Positions 13,320 to 24,722 of a DNA stretch of 64,000 nucleotides are shown piece by piece. Source of the DNA: Octopus vulgaris (taxonomy: Eukaryota); the NCBI GenBank assembly GCA_951406725.2, contig OX597822.1, positions 82,770,001 through 82,834,000 of the forward strand, given 5' to 3'. The notes beneath the pieces are model-generated. The model saw nothing but the letters and a program-made list of their open reading frames with translations, was not told where the DNA came from and made no database searches. The position numbers were made by a program, and so were the translations under genes. Each line of letters starts with the position of its first letter. Position 1 is the first letter of the stretch.

Positions 13320-13745
13320 ATTTTAGCACAAGGCCAGCAATTTCAGGATGAAGTCATAAGTTGATTACATCGACCCCAGTACTCAACTGGTACTTATTTT
13401 ATCAACTCCAAAAGAATGAAAGGTAAATTGACCTCAGTGGTATTTGAACTCAGAACATTTGGATGGACAAAATGCTGCTAAGCATTTGCTGGACATGCTA
13501 ACAATTCTGCCAGCTCACCACCTTGATATTTTTCTTTGTAAAGCAGTGAAGTGGCAGAATTATCAGCATGGTGGGCAAAATGCTTGGGGCTGCATTTCGT
13601 CCATCTTTACATTCTGAGTTCAGATTCCACCAAGGTCATCTTTGCCATTCACCCTTTTCAGCTCAATAACACTGGAATTAATGTAATCAGCTTACCTCCT
13701 CCCCTGAACTTGCTGGCCTTGTGCCAAAATTTGAAGCCAGTATAT
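13320..13745. mobile_element. head-to-head pair of SINE family B (Meta-domain-like)
   Basis: minus copy ~13320-13522 and plus copy ~13541-13745; TTCATCCTTT..GGTCGATAAAATAAGTACCAG-type core. Confidence 0.75.
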
Positions 13746-15378
13746 TATCTTATATGATGACAAATAATCTTACAAAGTTTCATGCTTCTATCTTTTCATT
13801 TACCTTAGTTTCAGACTCTGAAACTATTCAGTGCAAACATTCTCAGTTTGGCTGCCCAATCCAATAAAATAATTGGTTTTGTATGAGTTACTTCTTTTTC
13901 AGCTATTCTTAGTTTCAACTACCTCATTGCTCTTATCAACATTGTTATTAGCAGTTTTGGGATTGGCAACCAACCTACAGCTTTTATTCTCAGTTTTCTA
14001 TTTTCATGTATAAGTCTTGATTTCTATATATCTTTATTTCTATATTTTTGTATATTCTTTGTCGATGAATGGCCTTAGCAATTTCGTTGGTATTTGGTTA
14101 ATAGCTCTTAGAGTTTTTGCATCTTATTTCAATAGTTTCTTTGAATGCCTTTCAGCAAAAATTCTGATTAATAAAACATAGAATGGATGGATATTAAAAT
14201 GCAAAGATTTAACATATTTATTCAATATTTTGAGAAAAATAATTTTACTGGTTACATTAAATATAAGGTTTGAAGAGAATTTCTAAGGTTTCACAGTTAT
14301 AAGAAGACAATGATTTTCTAAACATGGGTTCTTCAATTTTATCTGTCTGGTGTGCAAATTAAGGAACATGTACTATTTATCAATGATCTTGAAACAAACT
14401 GGGTTTTTTTAAATATCAAATTTCAAACAAGTTACTATATTTTTAGAAACTTAAATAAGAAATTATTGTTATGGTCAATGATCTCATTAAACATGGGGCA
14501 AATTTCTTTCTTTTTATTCAATGTTGGTATATATTTACATCAACACATATGAAACACAGTGTTGATTAAATATTAAAATCTTTCATTTCTAAAGATAAGG
14601 TTTATTAATCTGAAAAATTGTAATCTTATTTAACAATTTATCTTGGATATTTGTACAGATAAACCCCTTTTTTATTAGTTTTTAATTAACCATTATTCAT
14701 AAGCCAGTGAGGTAACCTTGACATGTTAGCTAAACCTTCTAGAGATTCATCTCTCCATTCATTTTCTCTGCCCATTACTCCAAGGAGAGTCATAGAATGA
14801 CTATCAGAAGTAACTACCATTATACCTTCCAAATGGATTCCTGAAATATGACCAACTGCAATAATGGATGTTATACAACCATCTTGTTCTTGGTGTGCAC
14901 CTAGGTTTCCTGCCAATTGGCTTGGTTTGAAGAATCTGTCTTGCAATTTTTTTCTCATGACATTCTCATCCCATGTCTGTAGTACCAGAGCTATGACCTC
15001 TCAGTGTGGAGAAGTAGCAACTCATCATGGAGAGAGACTCTCTTTTAGAAGTAGCAGCAAAATTTCTCTATAAAAATGAGATATGCTGGTCATATCAACT
15101 ACATTTTGATGGAATGTTTGCATGATCAAAGCTGATCTTGGTCTAAATAACCACCTTATCCCTAAATATCATCCATTAATAATTATAATTTAATAACATA
15201 TATTCAAAAACTATTTAATAAATAAGCCTACAGCTTGATAAATTATTAATTATGAAAGTTTCCACCTCAAATTCACAGATATTGATTCGATCATACTGAA
15301 TACTAGGTTGGAAATTATCTCTAAATATTTGAGAATTTATATGAAAACTGATTCTTTTTTTTTTTTAATCTTTTTCAG

Positions 15379-15557
15379 AAGTTTTAAAGGACAAACAAAA
15401 ACCATTTGTTCACATAGAGCCTGATGCTAGTTTATTTGAAGCTGTGAAAACATTAATAATGAACCATGTTCATCGGTTGCCCGTGATTGACAAAAACACG
15501 GGCAATGCTATATATATATTAACACATAAAAGGATCTTAAGATTTATGTATCTTTAT
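15379..15557 (+). CDS. PRKAG: AMPK gamma exon (CBS2)
   Basis: tttcag/gtaagt; (E)[59 protein letters not shown]. Confidence 0.97.
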
Positions 15558-15620
15558 GTAAGTAGACCTTTACTGATTGTCTTGATTTTGTTTCTGTTCA
15601 AATATTAACACTTTTAATAC

Positions 15621-15622
<2 letters not shown>

Positions 15623-15676
<54 letters not shown>
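15623..15676. repeat. (CA)n microsatellite
   Basis: direct reading. Confidence 0.95.
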
Positions 15677-15680
<4 letters not shown>

Positions 15681-16364
15681 CAGTCTACTTGCTAGAAATC
15701 ACAACCAAATTTTCTTTAGCATGATATTGCCTGGAAAACAGAAATGCCATCTACAAAGGTTTTTAAACAAAAACACATAACTATAAATGTTTTCTTCAAA
15801 CTTCCATTTCCTATTTCAAAAAATAATTCTGACAGTGAATATTCAAAAGAAAACCATGCATGGTTTACCACCTGATGATCAAAACAACCAATTCGGAGTA
15901 CAGGATTTTGGAGCCTTTCAGTTATACTGCATTAAAGAATACTCTACATTTGTATTGAGTCCTGTAATTTATCACTTCTGATGAGTAAACAGAGATTTAT
16001 ATCTGTGGGTTTGAGTCCCATGCAGATAGGAAAGCCTTTTTTCTGTCGAGGGCTTACATGCCCCATTATTAGACTATTTTCCTTAGTCGTTGCACGGTGA
16101 TCGCCATAAGCTTTAAGCTTATATAAAAATATCATTATTATTATTATTTACAGGATTGTAAAATACGGCACCGTATAACAAAACCATTTGTACTGAAAAC
16201 ACATATATATAAACTAGGATGGTCATGGTTGGAATGCCTTTGATCGTAGGTTTTGTATATCAGGACAAACTTGTAAGCTAATAGCACACAGACATATTCA
16301 CATGAACAATTCTGAATTTTTTTTTTTTTTGATTTGATCTTTTACTTATTTACCTGTATTTAAA

Positions 16365-16740
16365 ATCATCATCATCATTTAACGTCTGCTTTCCATGCTA
16401 GCATGGGTTGGGCGATTTTTGACTGAGGGCTGGCGAACCGGATGGCTGCACCAGGCTCCAATCTTGATCTGGCAGAGTTTCTACAGCTGGATGCCCTTCC
16501 TAACGCCAACCACTCCAAGAGTGTAGTGGGTGCTTTTTACGTGCCACCAGCACGGGGCCAGTCAGGTGGTACTGGCAACGACCTCGCTCAAATCATTTTA
16601 CACATGCCACTGGCACAGGTGCCAGTAAGGCGACGCTGGTAACGATCACACTCAAATGGTACCTTTTATGTGCCACTGTCACAGAAGCCAGTTAGTCACT
16701 CTGGTAACGATCATGCTCAGATGGTGCTCTTGGCACCATA
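16365..16740 (-). mobile_element. SINE/LINE-tail family D with internal degenerate repeats
   Basis: (CAT)n-TTTAACGTC.GCTTTCCATGCT..CATGGGTTGG...CTACAGCTGGATGCCCTTCCTAACGCCAACC; copies at 22228-22620, 23985-24490, 32175-32320, 33868-34200, 59030-59230 and inverted at 5860-6060, 54710-54900. Confidence 0.8.
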
Positions 16741-16749
16741 ACATGAATT

Positions 16750-17720
16750 TGTCTAATGTGCAAGGTATTGCCAAAATATAAGTTAAGTCTTGAAAAAAAG
16801 TGATATTGAAAGGGAAATACGTTTTAGTTATTTTAAATGATTTGAAAGTTTCCACTTGTGCAATATTTTAGAACAAATAAATTGATTCAAAGAGGAATTA
16901 GGAGTTTTATGATTACAAAATACCTGCTATATATACTGAGTCAAATCGAATATATACTATATTCTTCCATTTTACTAAGATGTTTATAAATTAAAAATTT
17001 ACTATTAGCACTTTGATTGTATTACTTGTGAATACCTATTGAAACTTGAGTAAAGACAAACATACGTCTATAAGAGAAATTATGTTGCTCCTGTGGAGGA
17101 CTACTTTTAGCCATCTGGACTATTGTTTCTAATTATGGCCAGCACATAGTGTTAAATTAAAAGTAGAATCTGAGGCTATTCTATGCTATTACACCAAGAA
17201 AATTGCCTCAATTTCACAGTTGAACTACTTGGAAAAGTTAAAATACATGTAGCGATTTATAAAGAATTTGGCAAGGTTTAGTGCTAAACTTTAAGATTGA
17301 AAGCTATATGCTCCCCATCGAGTATTAGTACTCAGTGCTATAACATCTTAGAGTTTAAAGGCCCACAGCTTCTTCAGTACCTTCCCACTAGATCAAAATA
17401 GTGGAATAAATCATTCTCTAATGTATTTCGATTTTGAAAATAATCAAAAATCTACTGAGATTCAATGGAATAACTAATTTTATTATCATGCTGCTGTTTT
17501 AGAATATATTTTAATTTGAGAAATTTGAGAAATATGGGAGATAACTCTGGAATGATTTAGTTTCAACATCTTAAAATTGAGAGGGATGGTCTGTAACTGG
17601 AGATTTTTATCACAGATCTTGGAGGTACTCTCAAGCATGTTAGTATCAAAAATGTCATGTCTTAATTGTTTAAAACAGCAGTAAAAAAAAAATAAGAAGA
17701 AATGTGGAAAAGGAACGCCT
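16750..17720 (+). mobile_element. possible heavily decayed hAT transposase relic
   Basis: remnants WPAHSVKL (CxAHxLNL-like) followed by ARFSA (TRWSA-like) in the expected order; many stops. Confidence 0.3.
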
Positions 17721-17882
17721 TAAACTGAAATTTAAAATGTAACTTAAAAATGAAATTTTGAATTACACATCAGTATTTTATCCTGTTAGAAGAGCTTCTA
17801 TATTTTTGTGTCAGCCTAATTAAGAAATCATTTTTTAAAATCTTTTAACTAAATTTTTAATTAAACTTTTTTTCTTCTTCAG

Positions 17883-17963
17883 ATTAATGACCTCCCTAGA
17901 CCAGATTTCATGCATCAGACTTTGGCTGAGCTCAATATAGGAACTTATGATAATATTATCACA
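17883..17963 (+). CDS. PRKAG: AMPK gamma exon (CBS2-CBS3 linker)
   Basis: cttcag/gtaagt; INDLPRPDFMHQTLAELNIGTYDNIIT. Confidence 0.96.
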
Positions 17964-18331
17964 GTAAGTAAATTAATTATCATTTTTCAGACAAAGGTTT
18001 AAATTATAAAATAAATTTCTTTAAGATATATTAAAATCTTCTTGGATTTACAGCACTTAATGACTCACAATTATTTTCACTCTATACCCTTTGAAATAAT
18101 TAGTTTATTATTACTATTTTGGTGAGCTGACAGAATCGTTACAATGTTTGACAAAACGCCTAGTGATATTTCTTATGAATCATTATATTGTGAGTTCAAA
18201 TTCTACTGCAGCAGACTTTTCATACTTTCGTAGTTAATAAGTACCAGTGGAATACTAGGGTCAGTGTTATTTGAATTACCCTTCCTCTAACATTGCTGGC
18301 CTTGTGCAAAAATTTGAAGCCATTCTCCTTA

Positions 18332-18847
18332 TTTGCCTGGTGGTTGTGTTGAAAGCGGTTCTTTGGTGGACAAGGCTGAAAGGCATGAGGACAGATACAT
18401 TCCTCTTTGGTAGATCTCTCATTGACTTTTTCAAGTTTCACTTGAAAAGGAAATTGAGAGTGGAGGAGGAAGTTCTGTCCTCGAGTGAGTTTATTGAAAG
18501 ATGGGTGAAAGTTGCAAAAATGGCAAGAGTGAATGGTACCTCTCTATGTGTAGACTTTTGAGTCAGTGAGAAGGGATTGGAGAGGGTACTTGCTTGTGGG
18601 GTTTCTAGATTATCCCTAGAGGCCTTGCTGTATCAGAAGGGCCACATCTCTATCATCCTCCCCACTACATTTTTTAAAAAATCTTTTGTATGCTATGCAT
18701 ATATCCCTTCTTTTCCAGTGTATACCGTGTATACTTAATTTCTTTCTTTCCTCCTTTTTTTTTACCATATCATTATATGTAAAAAAAACCTTTATGTCTG
18801 TCTTGTTATTGTCCTCCCTCATCCTTCGCCCTTGTGGCAAATAAATA
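18332..18847 (+). mobile_element. 5'-truncated L1/Tx1-like LINE 3' end with TSD
   Basis: ORF tail KAVLWWTRLKG...EFIERW...stop, 3'UTR ending AAATAAATAAA, flanked by AAGCCATTCT(C/T)CTTA (18317-18331, 18848-18862). Confidence 0.65.
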
Positions 18848-18886
18848 AAGCCATTCTTCTTACCTTATTATTATTATTTGTTACAG

Positions 18887-19009
18887 GCTGGGCCAGACAC
18901 ACCAATCATCAAAGCATTAAACTTATTTGTAGAACATCGTATATCAGCACTACCTGTAGTTGATGAACAGGGCAAAGTCGTAGATGTATATGCTAAATTT
19001 GATGTGATT
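18887..19009 (+). CDS. PRKAG: AMPK gamma exon (CBS3)
   Basis: ttacag/gtaagt; [41 protein letters not shown]. Confidence 0.97.
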
Positions 19010-19618
19010 GTAAGTAACATTCAGTTGAATATTTCTTTTATTGTGCTAACTAAATGCTGTAATAGAGAAATTACTGACTAATTCATGGATATGATTCAGC
19101 TCACTTGATTGTTTACAATAAGTCAAAAGATTATCTAGAACATTCTTAAATACTGTCTTGGTGAAGACAACAGGAAATCCATCCACTATTGAAACTTTTG
19201 TCATTTAACGTTCACTTTTCCATGCTTGCATGAGCCAAATGGAATTTGATGGAACAAGATTTTCTACAGTTGGATGCCCTTCCTTTTGCCAACCCCAGCA
19301 TGGTTGCATTCCAATGACTGAAGCCAGCAAAGGATAAAAGACACATGCATACACTATATTCTTCCCTCTTTCCCTTTAATTTTTTTGTCTCTATTTTTCT
19401 CTCCCCCTCACTTCTTTCCTTCACTCAAATACTGTACAGAAAGAGGAAAAGATTTTAACATTGTAAATATCGAATGATCCAAAACAATTTTTCTTTACTA
19501 CTACTTAATTCAAGACGTATTTTACAAACAATACACAATGTCTCAAGCGAACTACAATATTCTCCTGTTCCATGCTATGTTTCAAATAATCCTTACTTTT
19601 TTTTTTTTTTTTTTACAG

Positions 19619-19690
19619 AATCTTGCTGCTGAAAAGACATACAATAATTTAGATGTTACAATATCTCAAGCTTTAGAACATAGAACAGCT
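19619..19690 (+). CDS. PRKAG: AMPK gamma exon (CBS3 end)
   Basis: poly-T tract + acag / gtaagt; NLAAEKTYNNLDVTISQALEHRTA. Confidence 0.97.
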
Positions 19691-19842
19691 GTAAGTATTG
19701 CCTTTCATCTCATTATTTTCATATTCAAATTACTCTGTAAAAAGATTTTTTTTTCTTTAAGAATTCCTCTATTTTCATTATGGAAAATTTGCTTTGGGTT
19801 CCTGTCTGTTCTATTAGGACTGAAGTAATGTATCCTATAACT

Positions 19843-20036
19843 CGGTGGTTCTCAACTGGGGACTATGTAAGCTACAAGGCATGAAATATTTTGACAATTC
19901 TTTTTATACAGTTCCTGATAATATTCAATTATAAAAATATAATGGAATTTATTTAGAATCTCAAATGGGTATGGGTGTCCATTAGAGTAAAATAAGAATC
20001 GAAGGAATCCACAGACAAAATATGGTTGAGAACCAC
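19843..20036. mobile_element. hAT-type MITE
   Basis: CGGTGGTTCTCAAC...GGTTGAGAACCACT inverted termini. Confidence 0.65.
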
Positions 20037-20099
20037 TACTATAAATTATATGCTGTGTTCAAGAAGGCCTGCCCATCATGGCAAAACTGAGGTTCTTTT

Positions 20100-20302
20100 C
20101 TACTCTAGACACAAGGCCCGAAATTTTTAGGGAGGGGGCCAGTCAATTGACCCCAGTATGCAACTAGCACTTAATTTATCGACCCCGAAAGAATGAAAGG
20201 TAAAGTTGATCTCGGCAGAATTTGAACTCAGAACATAAAGACAAATGAAATACCACTGAGCATTTCAACCGGTGTGCTAATGTTTCTGCCAGCTCGCTGC
20301 CT
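20100..20302 (-). mobile_element. SINE family B
   Basis: ATTTATCGACCCCGAAAGAATGAAAGG...GAATTTGAACTCAGAAC; other copies at 18120-18320(+) and 21000-21200(-). Confidence 0.8.
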
Positions 20303-21367
20303 GAGGTTCTGAAAGCATAATGTCTACACACAAAACTGGGTCCTTCCCATTACTTGTCCCTGTCAAACCTTCTTCATCACCCCTGCATCTCCTTATCACT
20401 GATTCTTCCATCATTTTCCTAACTAGTGCAGTATTCTGCTACAGTAATTGAGAGCTGAGCTGAATATTTCCTCATCCTTTTCCTGAGCTACCAGTTACCT
20501 TTCCATTTTCTAGAACCACTTCCTTTGGACATCCTTCTTCCTTAACATTGTCCCTCTCCACTCACATTTTCCATTTATCACTGTTTCTCTGTCACCACCT
20601 CCCCTTCCCTACCATTCCTCTAGCTCATATTTACCATCGACAACCCTTCCACCCTTGTTCACTATACTTACCCCTACCCTCGTTTTTAATCCTCTCTCTC
20701 ATACAAGCACTCCCATCATCACTCAGCCTTTCCAATCAATCATCTCTGCTCACACTCTTCTACTCACCTTCTTGTTCCAAGAGGACACACGCCGGTGATA
20801 CCTCACCACCATTTTTATCCCTTTTTCCCCCTCAACTCCAATTACTCCCACCTGCCCTTATATATTGTGAGGTCACCATGTATCTCCTCTGCTGCAAGGA
20901 ACTTGTTCCTGTCCCTCTTTGCATTTTTTAACATTTCAACATCCAGCATAAAACCACTTCCCTCATTCCTGTACTCCCTCTCATTTGAATGGCCTCTTTA
21001 GGCACAAGGGCTGCAAGTTTTAGTGGAGGGGCTAGTTGATACCATCAGGCTTTAGTATTTGACTGGTACTCTATTTTATAAACCTTGGATCAAGGAAATA
21101 CAAAGACTGACTTTGGTGGAATTTGAACACAGAATATAAAGAGTTGAAACAAATTGCAAAGCATTTTTTCTTTTTCCCTAATGCTGATTCTAACAGCTCT
21201 AAAACCATAAAAATATTTTGTAAATTTTCTTCAGAATTTAGAAAATTATGAGACTGAGTAATAAATTTGTCTATAGTTTCCACTGACATTCTTCAAAAAT
21301 ATTATAATAAATGTACATTTTCATCTTTTTGAAAAAACTGAATTTTTTTTTTCCTATTTTTTGATAG

Positions 21368-21442
21368 GGATTTGAAGGCGTTGTTAAATGTCAGAATACC
21401 GAAACTTTGAACATAATAATAGAAAGACTTGTGATGGCTGAG
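21368..21442 (+). CDS. PRKAG: AMPK gamma exon (CBS4 start)
   Basis: gatag/gtaagt; GFEGVVKCQNTETLNIIIERLVMAE. Confidence 0.96.
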
Positions 21443-21513
21443 GTAAGTTAGATTGCAACCATATTATTGTCCTTTAATTAACATCAGAGTTACTTAAAGT
21501 TCATAGTCCTGTA

Positions 21514-21804
21514 AACCACTATGCCATATGCCTGTGGGCATATGGCGTAGTGGTTAAGAGTGTGGGCTACTAACCCCTAGATTCTGAGTTCAATTCCAGG
21601 CAGTGACCTGAATAATAATAATAATAATAACATCAAAAAATACCTTAGGAATGAGAACCCAAGTTCAAAATTTCCCCAAAACACCTGATGAAGGCTGGAA
21701 GGTATATCAGCTGAAACATTGTGTTAACAACAAACAAGATGAGGACAAATATCTGTCAAATGTAAATAATGTGCATAATTACTCATCTCTTAAATACAGA
21801 ACTG
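21514..21804 (+). mobile_element. tRNA-derived SINE with 5' fold-back, (AAT)n linker and hammerhead-like 3' module
   Basis: A box TGGCGTAGTGG (21543-21553), B box GAGTTCAATTCC (~21586-21597), 19-bp inverted copy of the 5' end at 21514-21532. Confidence 0.75.
21680..21725 (+). ncRNA. minimal type-I hammerhead ribozyme-like motif inside a tRNA-SINE
   Basis: AACAC-CTGATGA-A-GGCTG(GAAGGTATAT)CAGCT-GAAA-CATT-GTGTT: stem I AACAC/GTGTT, stem II 5 bp, stem III vestigial. Confidence 0.6.
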
Positions 21805-22881
21805 TGAATCAGTCCCTGTTATTCTAATATATTATTCTGATGCAAGTGCAACTTTTCCAAAATGAGAAATACCTAGCAATTGTGAATGATGAACCTTCTT
21901 CAGCTGAAAGTGAATTAAAATAATCTTAAAGCAAATTAAAAGAATCTCAAAGAAATTAAAATGACCTTGGAACAAATTTTTTTTAAATTACCTCAAAATC
22001 ACAGTATTTATGTAGCTCCTCTACATCTAGGAAACTAATCTGCTCTGGCCCCATCTCACATACTTTTTACCCTTTGTCACCTTGTGTAAAGGAACTCTTT
22101 CAAAGTTCATAGTCCTGTAAATCTATATAATAGCCTCACTTGTGTTGGTGGTACAACAAAAAGCACTTACTATATACTGTACAGTGGTTGGTGTTAGGGA
22201 GAGCATCCATTCATATGTTGCTATGATACATCGTCGTCATCGTTTAACGTCTGCTTTCCATGCTGGCAGGGGTTGGGCAGTTTGAGGACTGGCAAGCCAG
22301 GAGGCTGCATCCCAGTCTGTTTTGGCAAGGTTTCTACAGCTAGATGCCCTACCTAACGCCAACCACTCGAGGGGTGCTTTTTACATAGCACGGGAGCCAG
22401 TCAGGCAGGACAGGCATCACCCATGCTCAATTGGTGCTTTTTACATGCCACCAGCACAGCTGCTAGTCAGGCAGCACTGGCATCAGTTATACTTGAATGA
22501 TGCTTTTTATATGCCACTGGCACAGGTGCCAGCCATGCTCAAATGGTTCTTTTTACATGCCACCAGCACAGGTGCCATCCAAAGGTACTGGCATTGGCCA
22601 CACTTGAATGGTGGCCGATACCAGTACCAAAGATATAAACAAGTTTAAAACCACAAATACAACCAACAACGTAGGTGCTTTATGTTGTTTCATTTATATT
22701 TATGTAATTATATTGTAATTATTTTCAAAATCTACCAAATTATTTGAATATTTTATTACAACAGTTAATAAACTAACATGGTGTGTTTCTTTTTTCTTCT
22801 AATTCCTCTTAAAATACATAAGTAATATCTATTTTTGAGTTAACTTTTCTTAGTAAGTTTCAACATTTATTATATTTTCAG

Positions 22882-22975
22882 GTTCATCGGCTTGTGGTTG
22901 TTGATAAAGAAGATCATGTCAAAGGAATTCTGTCTTTATCCGATCTACTCACTTTCTTAGTTCTTAATCCAATGG
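22882..22975 (+). CDS. PRKAG: AMPK gamma exon (CBS4)
   Basis: tttcag acceptor; VHRLVVVDKEDHVKGILSLSDLLTFLVLNPM(G); weak gtaaaa donor (read-through gives GKI-stop at 22986). Confidence 0.93.
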
Positions 22976-23394
22976 GTAAAATATGAATTAGTTTTTTCTA
23001 TTTACATTTAGCTTTCTCCCTACTTTATCTTTATGAACATGGAGAGGTTTTCAATCACATTGTTTCTCTTTGTTTTCTATTCAGCTTTTGGGGCAGTTTG
23101 GTGGGGTTTTTTTTTTTGTTTTTTTTTTGTTTTTTTTTTTTGCAATATTAACCAGATAGAGGGGTTTTTTTGCCATTGCTCTAGCATGGCATTCTTTACC
23201 CTGTTTTAGTATAGTTTTTAGTTTTTCACAAATTTAGTTTCTTTACAATTGCCTCATCATTTCAGCCTCTAAGATAGAAAACTGTTTAATGTATTGTTTA
23301 TAATTTGTAGTTGTCTAAGTTTCGTGTAAATTTTTAATTAGATATTTTTTTTAGTTCTACAATAACTACTTTATATTTTTCTAGTTACATAAAG

Positions 23395-23636
23395 CAGTGG
23401 TACTGAAAGTGATGGTCTGCAGACTGGCACCTGTCTGTGAGCCATCAGCTGCCAGTACACTGCAAGTTTCCAGGAAACCTTATAAAATGATTATGTAATA
23501 TTATATTATTTGTTTACAAAATAAATATAAGATTTAAAAAATTGTCAACTTTTATTATATTCATTATATATATTGCTTCTGGCATATTGGAAAAAAAACT
23601 GCTGGTACGCCACATCAGATAGTTTGAGAAGCACTG
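23395..23636. mobile_element. hAT/Charlie-like MITE with 8-bp TSD
   Basis: CAGTG...CACTG termini; flanks ACATAAAG / ACATACAG (7 of 8 identical). Confidence 0.8.
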
Positions 23637-24229
23637 ACATACAGCACCCAAATACACTTTTTAAAGTGAGAGTTTGGAAGGAACCAACTTGAGGAACCAT
23701 GCCAAAGCAGTGGCTAGAACTTGGTGCAATCGTCTGACTCACCAGCTGCAATCAACCTGTCTAACCCATGCCATCTGGGAAAATCAATTTTAAACAATGC
23801 CGATGATGGTTATCTTTCTGAGTCAGATTTTGGAGGTTTTTCAGGTTTTGTCCTTTTTCTGTCTAGTCTTACTTATTTGTTTTTCAACCAATTGAGAATA
23901 TTATAATACAGGGGCAACTGGAGAATTTCTGCATTTTACCTTATCTTTTGCATTTAACTCTGTTTTTAAGAATTAATCTAATACCAACTTCCCTTTTCAA
24001 TGCTGGTATGGGTTGGATGGTTTGATCAGAGCTGGCCAGCTGGAGACCTGCACCAGTCTGATTTGGTTTGATTTCTACAGCTGGATACTCTTCCTAATGC
24101 CAACCACTTTACAGAGTGTACCGGGTGCTTTTTACATGGCACCTGCATGGATGCCTCTTACATGCATTGGCACAGGTACCTTTTATGTGGGACCGACACA
24201 AATACTCTATATGCTCTTAATGTGGCTCT

Positions 24230-24425
24230 GGCACAAGTGCCCTCTTTGTGGGCACCAACACAAGCGCCATCTTTGTGTGGCACCGGCACATGCACCCTCT
24301 TTGTGTGGCACCGGCACATGCACCCTCTTTGTGTGGCACCATCACATGCACCCTCTTTGTGTGGCACCATCACATGCACCCTCTTTGTGTGGCACCAACA
24401 CAAGTGCTTTCCTTGTGTGACACCA
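24230..24425. repeat. 28-bp minisatellite (~6-7 copies) within a family D element
   Basis: unit GCACCCTCTTTGTGTGGCACC(GG/AT)CACAT. Confidence 0.9.
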
Positions 24426-24722
24426 GCAAAAGGAGGCTTTTAACATGATGCTGGCACTGGTGTCTTTTACATGGTGCCAGCACGGGGGCTTTTTATGTGA
24501 CAGGAACATTAACGATGCTGCTGTAGTCAACAGGTCTTCATGAGTAGGATGGGTGTTCTTGAAATTAATACTCACTTAAGAAGTATTAATCTAATACACC
24601 TGTAATATTCCTTCCTAGTCTTCTCTTTCATTTGTGTTGCAGTTGTCTTCTCTGTTTCTTTATCTATCAAGATATTAGTTTTAATCAGGGATTATTTTTT
24701 TTTTTTTTTTGATTTTTTTCAG

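Noticed and set aside
21537-21610. tRNA gene
   Set aside because: A/B boxes are present but there is no full cloverleaf acceptor stem or poly-T terminator; it is a SINE head, as are the similar heads at 32412, 38693 and 60597.
22370-22620. CRISPR-like repeat-spacer appearance (also 16530-16740 and 24230-24425)
   Set aside because: The 'spacers' resemble each other, the repeats are degenerate, the arrays sit inside a SINE family, there are no cas genes and the DNA is eukaryotic.
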